A stretch of DNA of 64,000 bases from the NCBI GenBank assembly GCA_000182565.2, contig KQ257468.1. One strand, 5' to 3'. Source of the stretch: Spizellomyces punctatus DAOM BR117 (lineage: Eukaryota). Below, piece after piece: positions 1 through 11,853 of the stretch (the stretch's first letter is position 1; each line of letters starts with the position of its first letter). The position numbers were made by a program, and so were the translations under genes. The notes below the pieces were generated by a model that was not told where the DNA came from, did no database searches, and saw nothing but the letters and a program-made list of their open reading frames with translations.

Positions 1-18
1 CTTTTTACCCCAGACCAA

Positions 19-415
19 ACTTAGAGTAATCAGAATGATCACTGACGCGTGTGGAATGATTTAAAGGGGTAAATCATCATGTAAGCACTCTTAGAAGGTC
101 TGGAAGGTTTGTTATGATCTAGATCTTCAGGTAATGTTTGCCAAGGCATGGCTGAAGCTGCTGAGCACTGCTGAGCATGGCTGAGCATGTAAACAAGTGG
201 GCTGAAGCATGTAAACAGTAAACAAAGGCGGAGGGAGGCTGGAGAATGTACTGGGTTATATAAAGGGGACTTTTGCACGTCTCTGGATTAATACAAGCGT
301 GTTATCCCACAAGTTACTGCACCCAGAAGTCTTACTAGCGGCCACAGGCATTACTAGGCCTTTCAGAAGTAATTTCTACATGGGAAATCAGTGTTCCAAG
401 CGCTAAGTTTCAATA
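19..415 (+). repeat. 5'-truncated LTR of copia element 1
   Basis: Near-identical to 3830-4341 from 'acttagagtaatc' onward. Has TATATAAA, ends ...TTTCAATA and is followed by the PBS. Confidence 0.9.
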
Positions 416-429
416 GGTTATGAGCCCTG
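416..429 (+). other. Primer-binding site GGTTATGAGCCCTG (anticodon half of tRNA-iMet)
   Basis: Directly follows the LTR. Reverse complement of CAGGGCUCAUAACC of initiator tRNA-Met, as in Ty5/copia. Confidence 0.9.
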
Positions 430-593
430 ATAGCTATCACTGATATTTTCCTGCTTCAAATCTTTTTCCGGCGGCCACACCATCTTCCTGACGGACCTAT
501 CTTCTTCCCAACCTCATATTTGGACCACCTACCATACCAGGACAATTTCACCTCTTCCCCAACAACAAATCCACTCACCAAATCAGCTCAGAC

Positions 594-3500
594 ATGTCAA
601 GCACGGACTTGGACACCAAACTCACGATGGAAAAGTTCAATGGTGTGAACTACCACCTCTGGAGGTTCAAAATGACGATGTTGCTGAAGGAAAAGGGGCT
701 GTGGGGTGTGATTGAGGGGGATGAGAGCATGGAGGGAACCTCTGAGAAGGATTGGAGGAGAAGGGATGAGCGGGCAATGGCTGTAATTGCTCTGTCACTG
801 AGTGATGCCCAACTCATGCATGTACAGACCGCTGTAACTGCAAAAGAGGCCTGGTTAAAGCTCAGTGACGTCCACCAAAGGAAGGGAATTGCCAGTAGGC
901 TCTATCTAAGGAGGAAATTTCTCACTCTGAAGATGGAAGATGGCACTGGGGGCATGTTGTGACACATAAACACCAGGAAACACGGTCAGGACAATGGCTC
1001 AGCAGTTGGAGGCCATTGGGGCGCCAGTCAGTGAAGAAGACCAAGTCATCACCCTACTCTACAGCCTACCAGAGAGTTATGAACAGCTGGTGGTGTCTTT
1101 GGAGGCCAGGAGTGATTCTATGATGCTGGAATTCCTCACATCATGGCTTTTGCATGAAGAAACACGCAGGAAGGAAGCTGGGAGTGAAGGAGATAGCAAA
1201 GGGAAGGCCTTTTTCAGCAGGGATGGTGGGCAGAAGGTTGGCAAGGATGGTGGGACCAAGAAGATAGCAGGGAAGTGCTTCTATTGCAACAAGAAGGGTC
1301 ACTTCAAGAAGGACTGCAGGAAGTTTCTGGCGGACACCAAACAACAAGCCAATCAAGCCAGCACCAGTCAGGCAACTCAGAATGAGTTCCTATTCTTTGC
1401 TCAGTCAGGAGATGACACCAAAACCTCTCAGGGAGCTGTCTGGTGGATTGTAGACTCGGGTGCTTCACAGCACATGTCACACAGGAAGGATTGGATGACC
1501 AATTACATGGAGATGTCACCAATTCAAGTCCATCTGGCGGACAACAGAACAGTTCAGGCAATAGGGAAGGGCCAGATCACACTTGAGACAGGCAGAAACC
1601 GATTCTGTACCCTCAGAGACGTGTGGTTTGTTCCCAAGCTTGAAAAGAACTTGTTTTCAGTAAGAAGAGCCACTGAAAACGGTGCCAAAGTCGAGTTTGG
1701 CAGCAAGGGATGCTGTATCAAGACTTCAGACGGCCAGGAAGCAATCCAGGGAACTCTAGGGGGCGGTCTATACATGTTTCATGCAAGAGAACATGCAAAC
1801 ATAGCCTCTGGAATGAGTTTGGACCTCTGGCATCGCAGGTTAGGACACCTGAACGTCAACAGCATCAAAATCTTGGCTAGGAACCAGCTGGGAAGCGGTC
1901 TGGAGGTCAAGAATCACACAGAAATATCACCATGTGAAGCCTGTGCCATTGGAAAGATCACCAGGCGTCCCTTTCCAAAGGGAGAAGCAGCTAGAGTGGC
2001 TCTACTGCTGGGGGTGGTTCACAGTGATGTGTGTGGGCCCATGAAGACACCAAGTCATGGTGGGGCAAAGTACTTTGTCACATTCATTGATGACAAGTCA
2101 AGGATGACGGCAGTTTATCTTCTGAAGGAGAAGAGTGAGGTTCTCAGCAAATTCAAGGAGTTTGAGGCCTGGGCAACCAACTTCACGGGGCAGAAGATCA
2201 AAACTCTCAGATCAGACAATGGGGGAGAGTATGTGGGCGAAGAATTCAAGAAATTCTGCAAACAGAAGGGAATTCAGCAGCAATTCAGCACCCCCTACAC
2301 ACCAGAGCAGAATGGTGTTGCTGAGAGGATGAACAGGACGCTGGTGGAAATGGGAAGGTGCATGCTGCACCACAGTGGACTCAGCTACAAGTTCTGGGGC
2401 GAGGCAATCATGACAGCGGTCTATCTCAGGAACAGGAGCCCCACTGCAGCACTCAGCAACCAATCAACACCATTTCAAGAGTTTACAGGCGGTAAACCAG
2501 ATCTCCAGCACCTCAGAGTGTTTGGCTGCATGGCCTACACTCATATTCCAAAGGAAAAGCGGTCAAAACTTGATGAGAAGGCCAAGAAGGCAGTCATGGT
2601 CGGCTACAGCACTCAGAGTAAGGCTTACAGATTGTGGGTACCTGAAATGAACCAAGTTGTCATGTCAAGGGACGTCATCTTTGATGAAAACTTGATGTGG
2701 AGCACTCAGCAGCGACTGCAGAGTGTACCACAGCAAGACCAAGAGCTACAGATGCCTCTGGGAGGGGAGCCTTCGTTCTTGGACGACCAAGAAGGGCTAG
2801 GGACGGTTCAAGAGACTCAGAGACCATCTAGCATCACTCCAGACAACTCTTCAGCATCAGAAGATGATGGGGACGACTTCCAGGATGCTGAGGAAGTGCC
2901 AGAACTCAGCAGGAAGAGTGCCAGATTTCACAAACCACCGGGAGAGTGGTGGATTGCAAAGCCAACTCAGTCAAATCTGGCTTTTGCCTTCACCATTGGG
3001 GAAGTTCCACAGGAAGAACCCAGCATTCTGCCTGAAGCTAGGACCAGACATGATGCCAAACAGTGGGAGGCAGCTGTCAAAGCAGAATATGACTCTCTGA
3101 TGGAGAATCAGACATGGGACTTAGTCAAACTACCACCAGGAAGATCCACAGTGGGCTGCAAGTGGGTTTTCAAGCTGAAACTCAAGTCAGATGGCTCTGT
3201 AGAGCGCTACAAGGCCAGACTGGTAGCCAAAGGATACTCCCAAGTTGAAGGAATGGAATAGCAGTCAAACGGATCATGCGGTACCTGAATGGCACCACAG
3301 ACCTAGGACTTCAACTGGGCAGCATTCAGAGCAAGTGGGAGCTGTCTGCATACTCTGATGCAGATTGGGGCGGTGACTTGGACTTCAGGAAGTCTACCAC
3401 TGGCTTCTTAGTCAAGATTGGCGGCAGCACAGTCAGCTGGCAAAGCAAGAGGCAACCTACAGTTGCTCTATCATCAACAGAGTCAGAGTACATGGCTCTT

Positions 3501-3848
3501 TGTCAAGCTACCAAGAAAGTTATCTGGTTCAGAACACTTCTAGGCGAGCTGGGATATCAGCAAAGTGTTCCTACAATGTTGTATGGTGACAATCAGGGCG
3601 CCATAGCACTTGCCAACAACCCAACACATCATGCAAGGACCAAACACATTGATGTGCGGCACCACTTCATCAGACAAGCAGTAGAAGACAAGAAAATCAG
3701 CCTCAAGTACTGTCAGACAGAAGAAATGACGGCTGACATTCTCACCAAGGCTTTATCCAAGACAATGCACCTTAAACTTTGTGGTAAAATGGGTCTCTGT
3801 CAGAAATCAGATGATTCACTGAGTGGGAGTGTTGAGATTCAGGCTTAA
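594..3848 (+). pseudogene. Ty1/copia gag-pol, element 1 (defective)
   Basis: Gag, CCHC knuckle (CFYCNKKGHFKKDC), protease (WIVDSGAS), integrase (HSDVCGP...SDNGGEY...NGVAER), RT start and RNase H (YSDADW) in copia order. TGA at 960-962 plus a ~10-nt insertion; most of RT is deleted at ~3252. Confidence 0.95.
3821..3829 (+). other. Polypurine tract (GAGTGGGAG)
   Basis: Purine-rich run directly upstream of the LTR start TGTTGAGA at 3830. Confidence 0.75.
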
Positions 3849-4341
3849 ACCACGCTGTATGATCTACAAATCATGTGAGATCATGCTGGGATGTCATTAG
3901 ACAGTTCACATCTGATCTGGCTAAGTTACAACGTGGGGAATTGGACTTAGAGTAATCAGAATGATCACAGACGCGTGTGGAATGATTTAAAGGGGTAAAT
4001 CATCATGTAAGCACTCTTAGAAGGTCTGGAAGGTTTGTGATGATCTAGATCTTCAGGTAATGTTTGCCAAGGCATGGCTGAAGCTGCTGAGCACTGCTGA
4101 GCACGGCTGAGCATGTAAACAAGTGGGCTGAAGCATGTAAACAGTAAACAAAGGCGGAGGGAGGCTGGAGAATGTACTGGGTTATATAAAGGGGACTTTT
4201 GAACGTCTCTGGATTAATACAAGCGTGTTATCCCACAATTTACTGCACCCAGAAGTCTTACTAGCGGCCACAGGCATTACTAGGCCTTTCAGAAGTGATT
4301 TCTACACGGGAAATCAGTGTTCCAAGCACTAAGTTTCAATA
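3830..4341 (+). repeat. Complete LTR shared by tandem elements 1 and 2
   Basis: TGTTGAGA...TTTCAATA, preceded by the PPT of element 1 and followed by the PBS (4342-4355) of element 2. Confidence 0.95.
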
Positions 4342-4520
4342 GGTTATGAGCCCTGATTGCTATCACTGATATTTTCCTGCTTCAAATCTCTTTTCTGACG
4401 GCCACACCATCTTCCTGACGGACCTATCCTCTTCCCAACCTCATATTTGGACCACCTACCACACCAGGACGATTTCACCTCTTCCCCAACAGCAAATCCA
4501 CTCATCCAATCAGCTCAGAC

Positions 4521-7500
4521 ATGTCAAACACGGACTTGGACACCAAACTCACATTGGAAAAGTTCAATGGCGTGAACTACCATCTCTGGAAGTTCAAAAT
4601 GACGATGTTGCTGAAGGAAAAGGGGCTGTGGGGTGTGATTGAGGGGGATGAGAGCATGGAGGGAACCTCTGAGAAGGATTGGAGGAGAAGGGATGAGCGG
4701 GCAATGGCTGTAATTGCTCTGTCACTGAGTGATGCCCAACTCATGCATGTACAGACTGCTGTAACTGCAAAAGAGGCCTGGTTAAAGCTCAGTGACGTCC
4801 ACCAAAGGAAGGGAATTGCCAGCAGGCTCTATCTAAGGAGGAAATTTCTCACTCTGAAGATGGAAGATGGCACTGGGGGCATGTTGGGACACATAAACAT
4901 GGTCAGGAGAATGGCTCAGCAGTTGGAGGACATTGGGGCACCAGTCAGTGAAGAAGACCAAGTCATCACCCTACTCTACAGCCTACCAGAGAGTTATGAA
5001 CAGCTGGTGGTGTCTTTGGAGGCCAGGAGTGATTCTATGATGCTGGAATTCCTCACATCATGGCTTTTGCATGAAGAAACACGCAGGAAGGAAGCTGGGA
5101 GTGAAGGAGATAGCAAAGGGAAGGCCTTTTTCAGCAGGGATGGTGGGCAGAAGGTTGGCAAGGATGGTGGGACCAAGAAGATAGCAGGGAAGTGCTTCTA
5201 TTGCAACAAGAAGGGTCACTTCAAGAAGGACTGCAGGAAGTTTCTGGCGGACACCAAACAACAAGCCAATCAAGCCAGCACCAGTCAGGCAACTCAGAAT
5301 GAGTTCCTATTCTTTGCTCAGTCAGGAGATGACACCAAAACCTCTCAGGGAGCTGTCTGGTGGATTGTAGACTCGGGTGCTTCACAGCACATGTCACACA
5401 GGAAGGATTGGATGACCAATTACATGGAGATGTCACCAATTCAAGTCCATCTGGCAGACAACAGAACAGTTCAGGCAATAGGGAAGGGCCAGATCACACT
5501 TGAGACAGGCAGAAACCGATTCTGTACCCTCAGAGACGTGTGGTTTGTTCCCAAGCTTGAAAACAACTTGTTTTCAGTAAGAAGAGCCACTGAAAACAGT
5601 GCCAAAGTTGAGTTTGGCAGCAAGGGATGCTGTATTAAGACTTCAGATGGCCAGGAAGCAATCCAGGGAACTCTAGGTGGCGGTCTATACAAGTTTCATG
5701 CAAGAGAACATGCAAACATAGCCTCTGGAATGAGTTTGGACCTCTGGCATGACAGGTTTGGACACCTGAACATCAACAGCATCAAAATCTTGGCTAGGAA
5801 CCAGCTGGGAAGTGGTCTGGAGGTCAAGAATCCCACAGAAACATCACCATGTGAAGCCTGTGCCATTGGGACGATCACCAGGCGCCCTTTTCCAAAGTGA
5901 GAAGCAGCTAGAGCGGCTCTACTGCTGTGGGTGGTTCACAGTGATGTGTGTGGGCCCATGAAGACACCAAGTCATGGTGGGGCAAAGTACTTTGTCACAT
6001 TCATTGATGACAAGTCAAGGATGACGGCAGTTTATCTTCTGAAGGAGAAGAGTGAGGTTCTCAGCAAATTCAAGGAGTTTGAGGCCTGGGCAACCAACTT
6101 CACGGGGCAGAAGATCAAAACTCTCAGATCAGACAATGGGGGAGAGTATGTGGGCGAAGAATTCAAGAAATTCTGCAAACAGAAGGGAATTCAGCAGCAA
6201 TTCAGCACCCCCTACACACCAGAGCAGAATGGTGTTGCTGAGAGGATGAACAGGACGCTGGTGGAAATGGGAAGGTGCATGCTGCACCACAGTGGACTCA
6301 GCTACAAGTTCTGGGGTGAGGCAATCATGACAGCGGTCTATCTCAGGAACAGGAGCCCCACTGCAGCACTCAGCAACCAATCAACACCATTTCAAGAGTT
6401 TACAGGCGGTAAACCAGATCTCCAGCACCTCAGAGTGTTTGGCTGCATGGCCTACACTCATATTCCAAAGGAAAAGCGGTCAAAACTTGATGAGAAGGCC
6501 AAGAAGGCAGTCATGGTCGGCTACAGCACTCAGAGTAAGGCTTACAGATTGTGGGTACCTGAAATGAACCAAGTTGTCATGTCAAGGGATGTCATCTTTG
6601 ATGAAAACTTGATGTGGAGCACTCAGCAGCGACTGCAGAGTGTACCACAGCAAGACCAAGAGCTACAGATGCCTCTGGGAGGGGAGCCTTCGTTCCTGGA
6701 CGACCAAGAAGGGCTAGGGACAAATCAAGAGACTCAGAGACCATCCAGCATCACTCCAGACAACTCTTCAGCATCAGAAGATGATGGGGACGACTTCCAG
6801 GATGCTGAGGAAGTGCCAGAACTCAGCAGGAAGAGTGCCAGATTTCACAAACCACCGGGAGAGTGGTGGATTGCAAAGCCAACTCAGTCAAATCTGGCTT
6901 TTGCCTTCACCATTGGGGAAGTTCCACAGGAGGAACCCAGCACTCTGGCTGAAGCTAGGACCAGACATGATGCCAAACAGTGGGAGGTGGCTGTCAAAGC
7001 AGAATATGACTCTCTGATGGTGAATCAGACGTGGGACTTAGTCAAACTACCACCAGGAAGATCCACAGTTGGCTGCAAGTGGGTTTTCAAGCTGAAACTC
7101 AAGTCAGATGGCTCTGTAGAGCGCTACAAGGCCAGACTGGTAGCCAAAGGATACTCCCAAGTTGAAGGACTGGACTACAAGGAGACATTTGCCCCAGTAG
7201 TCAAGTTTGCAACCATCAGGACGGTCCTGACACTAGCAGCCATGAAGGACATGGAGATTCACCAAATGGATGTCAAGACAGCATTCTTGAATGGGACCAT
7301 TGAGGAGGACATCTACATGGACCAACCAGAAGGCTTCACCACGGCAAATGGACTTGTCTGCAAGCTAAAGAAGAGTTTGTATGGGTTAAAGCAAGCTCCA
7401 AGAGCCTGGAACAAAGTCATTGATGGGCAACTCAAAGAACTTGGCTTTGAAAGGTGTGAATCAGACCACGGGCTGTACATCAACAAGAAGATGGGCATCC

Positions 7501-8270
7501 ACCTTATCCTGTATGTGGATGACCTTATTCTGGCATCAAAGGACGACCAGGAGTTGTTAAAACTCAAAGAAGAACTCAAGAAGCGGTTCAAGATGGCTGA
7601 TATGGGCCAGTTAGAGCATTTTCTCGGCATTCAAGTGGTCAGGGACAGAGCCAACAGGTCAATCTGGCTCTCCCAACAGCGGTACCTCGGTCAAACATTG
7701 AAGAAATTCAATATGAGTAACAGCAAACCAGTTGCCACACCACTAGAGAATGGCCAGAAGCTCACCAAGGCCATGTCACCACAAACTGAGGCAGAACAGC
7801 AAGAAATGAACGTGGTTCCTTTCAGAAGTGCTGTTGGAAGTCTCATTTATGCAATGCTGGGCACCAGACCAGACATAGCAGCAGCAGTTGGATCAGTTAG
7901 CCAGTACCTTTCCAACCCCGGACATCAGCACTGGATAGCAGTCAAACGGATCATGCGGTACCTGAATGGCACCACAGACCTAGGACTTCAACTGGGCAGC
8001 ATTCAGAGCAAGTGGGAGCTATCTGCATACTCTGATGCAGATTGGGGTGGTGATTTGGACTTCAGGAAGTCTACCACTGGCTTCTTAGTCAAGATTGGCG
8101 GCAGCACAGTCAGCTGGCAAAGCAAGAAGCAACCCACAGTTGCTCTATCATCAACAGAGTCAGAGTACATGGCTCTTTGTCAAGCTACCAAGGAGGTTAT
8201 CTGGTTCAGAACACTTCTAGGTGAGCTACGATATCAGCAAAGTGGTCCAACTGTTGAGACTCAGGCTTAA
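4521..8270 (+). pseudogene. Ty1/copia gag-pol, element 2 (defective)
   Basis: ORFs 4521-5900 and 5931-8270 are separated by a GGA>TGA stop. Full RT (QMDVKTAFL, LYGLKQAPRAW, YVDD). RNase H is cut off at 8251 by an LTR start. Confidence 0.95.
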
Positions 8271-8348
8271 ACCATGCTATATGATCCCTAAATCATGTGA
8301 GATCATGCTGGGATGTCATTAGACAGTTCACATCTGATTTGGCTAAGT
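8252..8348 (+). repeat. 5' fragment of copia LTR
   Basis: Begins precisely at TGTTGAGA inside RNase H and matches the first ~97 nt of the LTR. Confidence 0.85.
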
Positions 8349-8397
8349 CCACATTTGGTGAGGTGATGCCCTGCCAGTATCATATGGAAAGCATATT

Positions 8398-8568
8398 GGG
8401 GGTGAAGGAGATAGCAAGGGGAAGGCCTTTTTCAGCAGGGATGGCAGGCAGAAGGTTGGCAAGCATGGTGGGACCAAGAAGATAGCAGGGAAGTGCATCT
8501 ACTGCAACAAGAAGGGTCACTTCAAGAAGGACTGCAGGAAGTTTCTGGCGGACACCAAAGAACAAGCC
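8398..8568 (+). mobile_element. Copia gag fragment (zinc-knuckle region)
   Basis: Diverged copy of ~5098-5268. Confidence 0.85.
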
Positions 8569-10822
8569 TCAAACTCTTTGAATTTGCTGAGAACCTCACT
8601 CTTCTCCTTCAGAAGATAAACTGATGTCATCCTTGACTTGTCATCAATGAATGTGACAAAGTACTTTGCCCCACCATGACTTGGTGTCTTCATGGGCCCA
8701 CACACATCACTGTGAACCACCCACAGCAGTAGAGCCGCTCTAGCTGCTTCTCACTTTGGAAAAGGGCGCCTGGTGATCGTCCCAATGGCACAGGCTTCAC
8801 ATGGTGATGTTTCTGTGGGATTCTTGACCTCCAGACCACTTCCCAGCTGGTTCCTAGCCAAGATTTTGATGCTGTTGATGTTCAGGTGTCCAAACCTGTC
8901 ATGCCAGAGGTCCAAACTCATTCCAGAGGCTATGTTTGCATGTTCTCTTGCATGAAACTTGTATAGACCGCCACCTAGAGTTCCCTGGATTGCTTCCTGG
9001 CCATCTGAAGTCTTAATACAGCATCCCTTGCTGCCAAACTCAACTTTGGCACTGTTTTCAGTGGCTCTTCTTACTGAAAACAAGTTGTTTTCAAGCTTGG
9101 GAACAAACCACACGTCTCTGAGGGTACAGAATCGGTTTCTGCCTGTCTCAAGTGTGATCTGGCCCTTCCCTATTGCCTGAACTGTTCTGTTGTCTGCCAG
9201 ATGGACTTGCATTGGTGACATCTCCATGTAATTGGTCATCCAATCCTTCCTGTGTGACATGTGCTGTGAAGCACCCGAGTCCACAATCCACCAGACTGCT
9301 CCCTGAGAGGTTTTGGTGTCATCTCCTGAATGAGCAAAGAATAGGAACTCATTCTGAGTTGCCTGACTGGTGCTGGCCTGATTGGCTTGTTCTTTGGTGT
9401 CTGCCAGAAACTTCCTGCAGTCCTTCTTGAAGTGACCCTTCTTGTTGCAGTAGAAGCACTTCCCTGCTGTCTTCTTGGTCCCACCATGCATGCCAACCTT
9501 CTGCCCGCCATCCCTGCTGAAAAAGGCCTTCCCCTTGCTATCTCCTTCACCCCCAGCTTCCTTCCTGCATGTTTCTTCATGCAAAAGCCATGATGTGAGG
9601 AATTCCAGTGTCAGAGAATCACTCCTGGCCTCCAAAGACACCACCAGCTGTTCATAACTCTCTGGTAGGCTGTAGAGTAGGGTGATGACTTGGTCTTCTT
9701 CACTGACTGGTGCCCCAATGTCCTCCAACTGCTGAGCCATTCTCCTGACCATGTTTATGTGTCCCAACATGCCCCCAGTGCCATCTTCCATCTTCAGAGT
9801 GAGAAATTTCCTCCTTAGATAGAGCCTGCTGGCAATTCCCTTCCTTTGGTGGACGTCACTGAGCTTTAACCAGGCCTCTTTTGCAGTTACAGCAGTCTGT
9901 ACATGCATGAGTTGGGCATCACTCAGTGACAGAGCAATTACAGCCATTGCCCGCTCATCCCTTCTCCTCCAATCCTTCTCAGAGGTTCCCTCCATGCTCT
10001 CATCCCCCTCAATCACACCCCACAGCCCCTTTTCCTTCAGCAACATCGTCATTTTGAACTTCCAGAGATGGTAGTTCACGCCATTGAACTTTTCCAATGT
10101 GAGTTTGGTGTCCAAGTCCGTGTTTGACATGTCTGAGCTGATTGGATGAGTGGATTTGCTGTTGGGGAAGAGGTGAAATCGTCCTGGTGTGGTAGGTGGT
10201 CCAAATATGAGGTTGGGAAGAGGATAGGTCCGCCAGGAAGATGGTGTGGCCGTCAGAAAAGAGATTTGAAGCAGGAAAATATCAGTGATAGCAATCAGGG
10301 CTCATAACCTATTGAAACTTAGTGCTTGGAACACTGATTTCCCGTGTAGAAATCACTTCTGAAAGGCCTAGTAATGCCTGTGGCCGCTAGTAAGACTTCT
10401 GGGTGCAGTAAATTGTGGGATAACACGCTTGTATTAATCCAGAGACGTTGAAAAGTCCCCTTTATATAACCCAGTACATTCTCCAGCCTCCCTCCACCTT
10501 TGTTTACTGTTTACATGCTTCAGCCCACTTGTTTACATGCTCAGCCGTGCTCAGCAATGCTCAGCAGCTTCAGCCATGCCTTGGCAAACATTACCTGAAG
10601 ATCTAGATCATCACAAACCTTCCAGACCTTCTAAGAGCGCTTACATGATGATTTACCCCTTTAAATCATTCCCACACGCGTCTGTGATCATTCTGATTAC
10701 TCTAAGTCCAATTCCCCACGTTGTAACTTAGCCACATCAGATGTGAACTGTCTAATGGCATCCCAGCATGATCTCACATGATTTATAGATCATATAGCGT
10801 GGTTTAAGCCTGAATCTCAACA
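8566..10822 (-). mobile_element. Copia element 3, inverted 5' half (LTR 10310-10822, PBS 10296-10309, gag-PR 8751-10130, integrase start)
   Basis: Reverse complement of ~3830-6085. The 459-aa ORF ends at the same TGA as element 2. Confidence 0.95.
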
Positions 10823-11300
10823 CAGGAGCCCCACTGCAGCACTCAGCAACCAATCAACACCATTTCAAGAGTTTACAGGCGGTAAACCAGATCTCCAGCA
10901 CCTCAGAGTGTTTGGCTGCGTGGCCTACACTCATATTCCAAAGGAAAAGCGGTCAAAACTTGATGAGAAGGCCAAGAAGGCAGTCATGGTCGGCTACAGC
11001 ACTCAGAGTAAGGCCTACAGACTGTGGGTACCTGAAATGAACCAAGTTGTCATGTCAAGGGATGTCATCTTTGATGAAAACTTGATGTGGAGCACTCAGC
11101 AGCGACTGCAGAGTGTACCACAGCAAGACCAAGAGCTACAGATGCCTCTGGGAGGGGAGCCTTCGTTCCTGGACGACCAAGAAGGGCTAGGGACGGTTCA
11201 AGAGACTCAGAGACCATCTAGCATCACTCCAGACAACTCTTCAGCATCAGAAGATGATGGGGACGACTTCCAGGATGCTGAGGAAGTGCCAGAACTCAGC
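10823..11300 (+). mobile_element. Copia integrase C-terminal/linker fragment
   Basis: Near-identical to ~2432-2910 (LRVFGC...RDVIFDE). Confidence 0.9.
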
Positions 11301-11853
11301 ACTAGTTTGGAACCACATCTAACCAGTATAACCATAGCACTGACAGAAGACTTCTGTCACACTAGTGGTCACATGACTTTGCTGATGGTGTCAGCATTCA
11401 TTTGACCAGAATTAGATAAATAAGCAGATTTAGCCATTTCTGGCTAAATTAGATGAGTATCCTGACACACTGGCATCTGCCCCTTTCAATCAAGTGGCAC
11501 AGTGTATTTAGGATGACTTGTCTCACTTGTGATTGGCTATAAATGGTGCAATAGGCTGACAAATAGTTTAGGATGATATGTACAAGATCTGATTGGTTGC
11601 AAATGGTGCAATAGGCTGACAAATAGTTTAGGATGATGTGGGTGAGATCTGATTGGGTAGTTAGGATATAGCATTTGTCAGCCCCTTTGTATATAAAAAG
11701 AGGACCTCTCTGAGGCCCCTCAAAGGAATAACAAGAGTAACGAAGTCTTCCCTAGTTTTCTGTTGTCTTCTTGTCCCTGCTAGCCTGTTACAACTAGTTT
11801 GGAACCACATCTAACCAGTATAACCATAGCACTGACAGAAGAATTCTGTCACA
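11301..11853 (+). mobile_element. Unrelated LTR-like insert with 61-bp terminal direct repeats
   Basis: 11301-11361 is repeated at 11793-11853. Internal 60-bp tandem repeat with ATTGG boxes, TATATAAAA at ~11690, and the end ...GTCACA abuts a gag sequence. Confidence 0.6.

Noticed and set aside
39-278. ORF 'MLSHAQQCSAASAMPWQTLPEDLDH...' recurring at 10537 and 12299
   Set aside because: Antisense reading of the LTR; the recurrence reflects LTR copies, not a gene.
5898-5900. TGA between gag-PR and integrase as a programmed readthrough site
   Set aside because: Element 1 has GGA here and the stop falls inside the integrase N-terminal region; a nonsense mutation is the simpler explanation.
11531-11657. 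60-bp repeats as a CRISPR-like array
   Set aside because: Contiguous tandem units without unique spacers, in a eukaryotic TE context with no cas genes.
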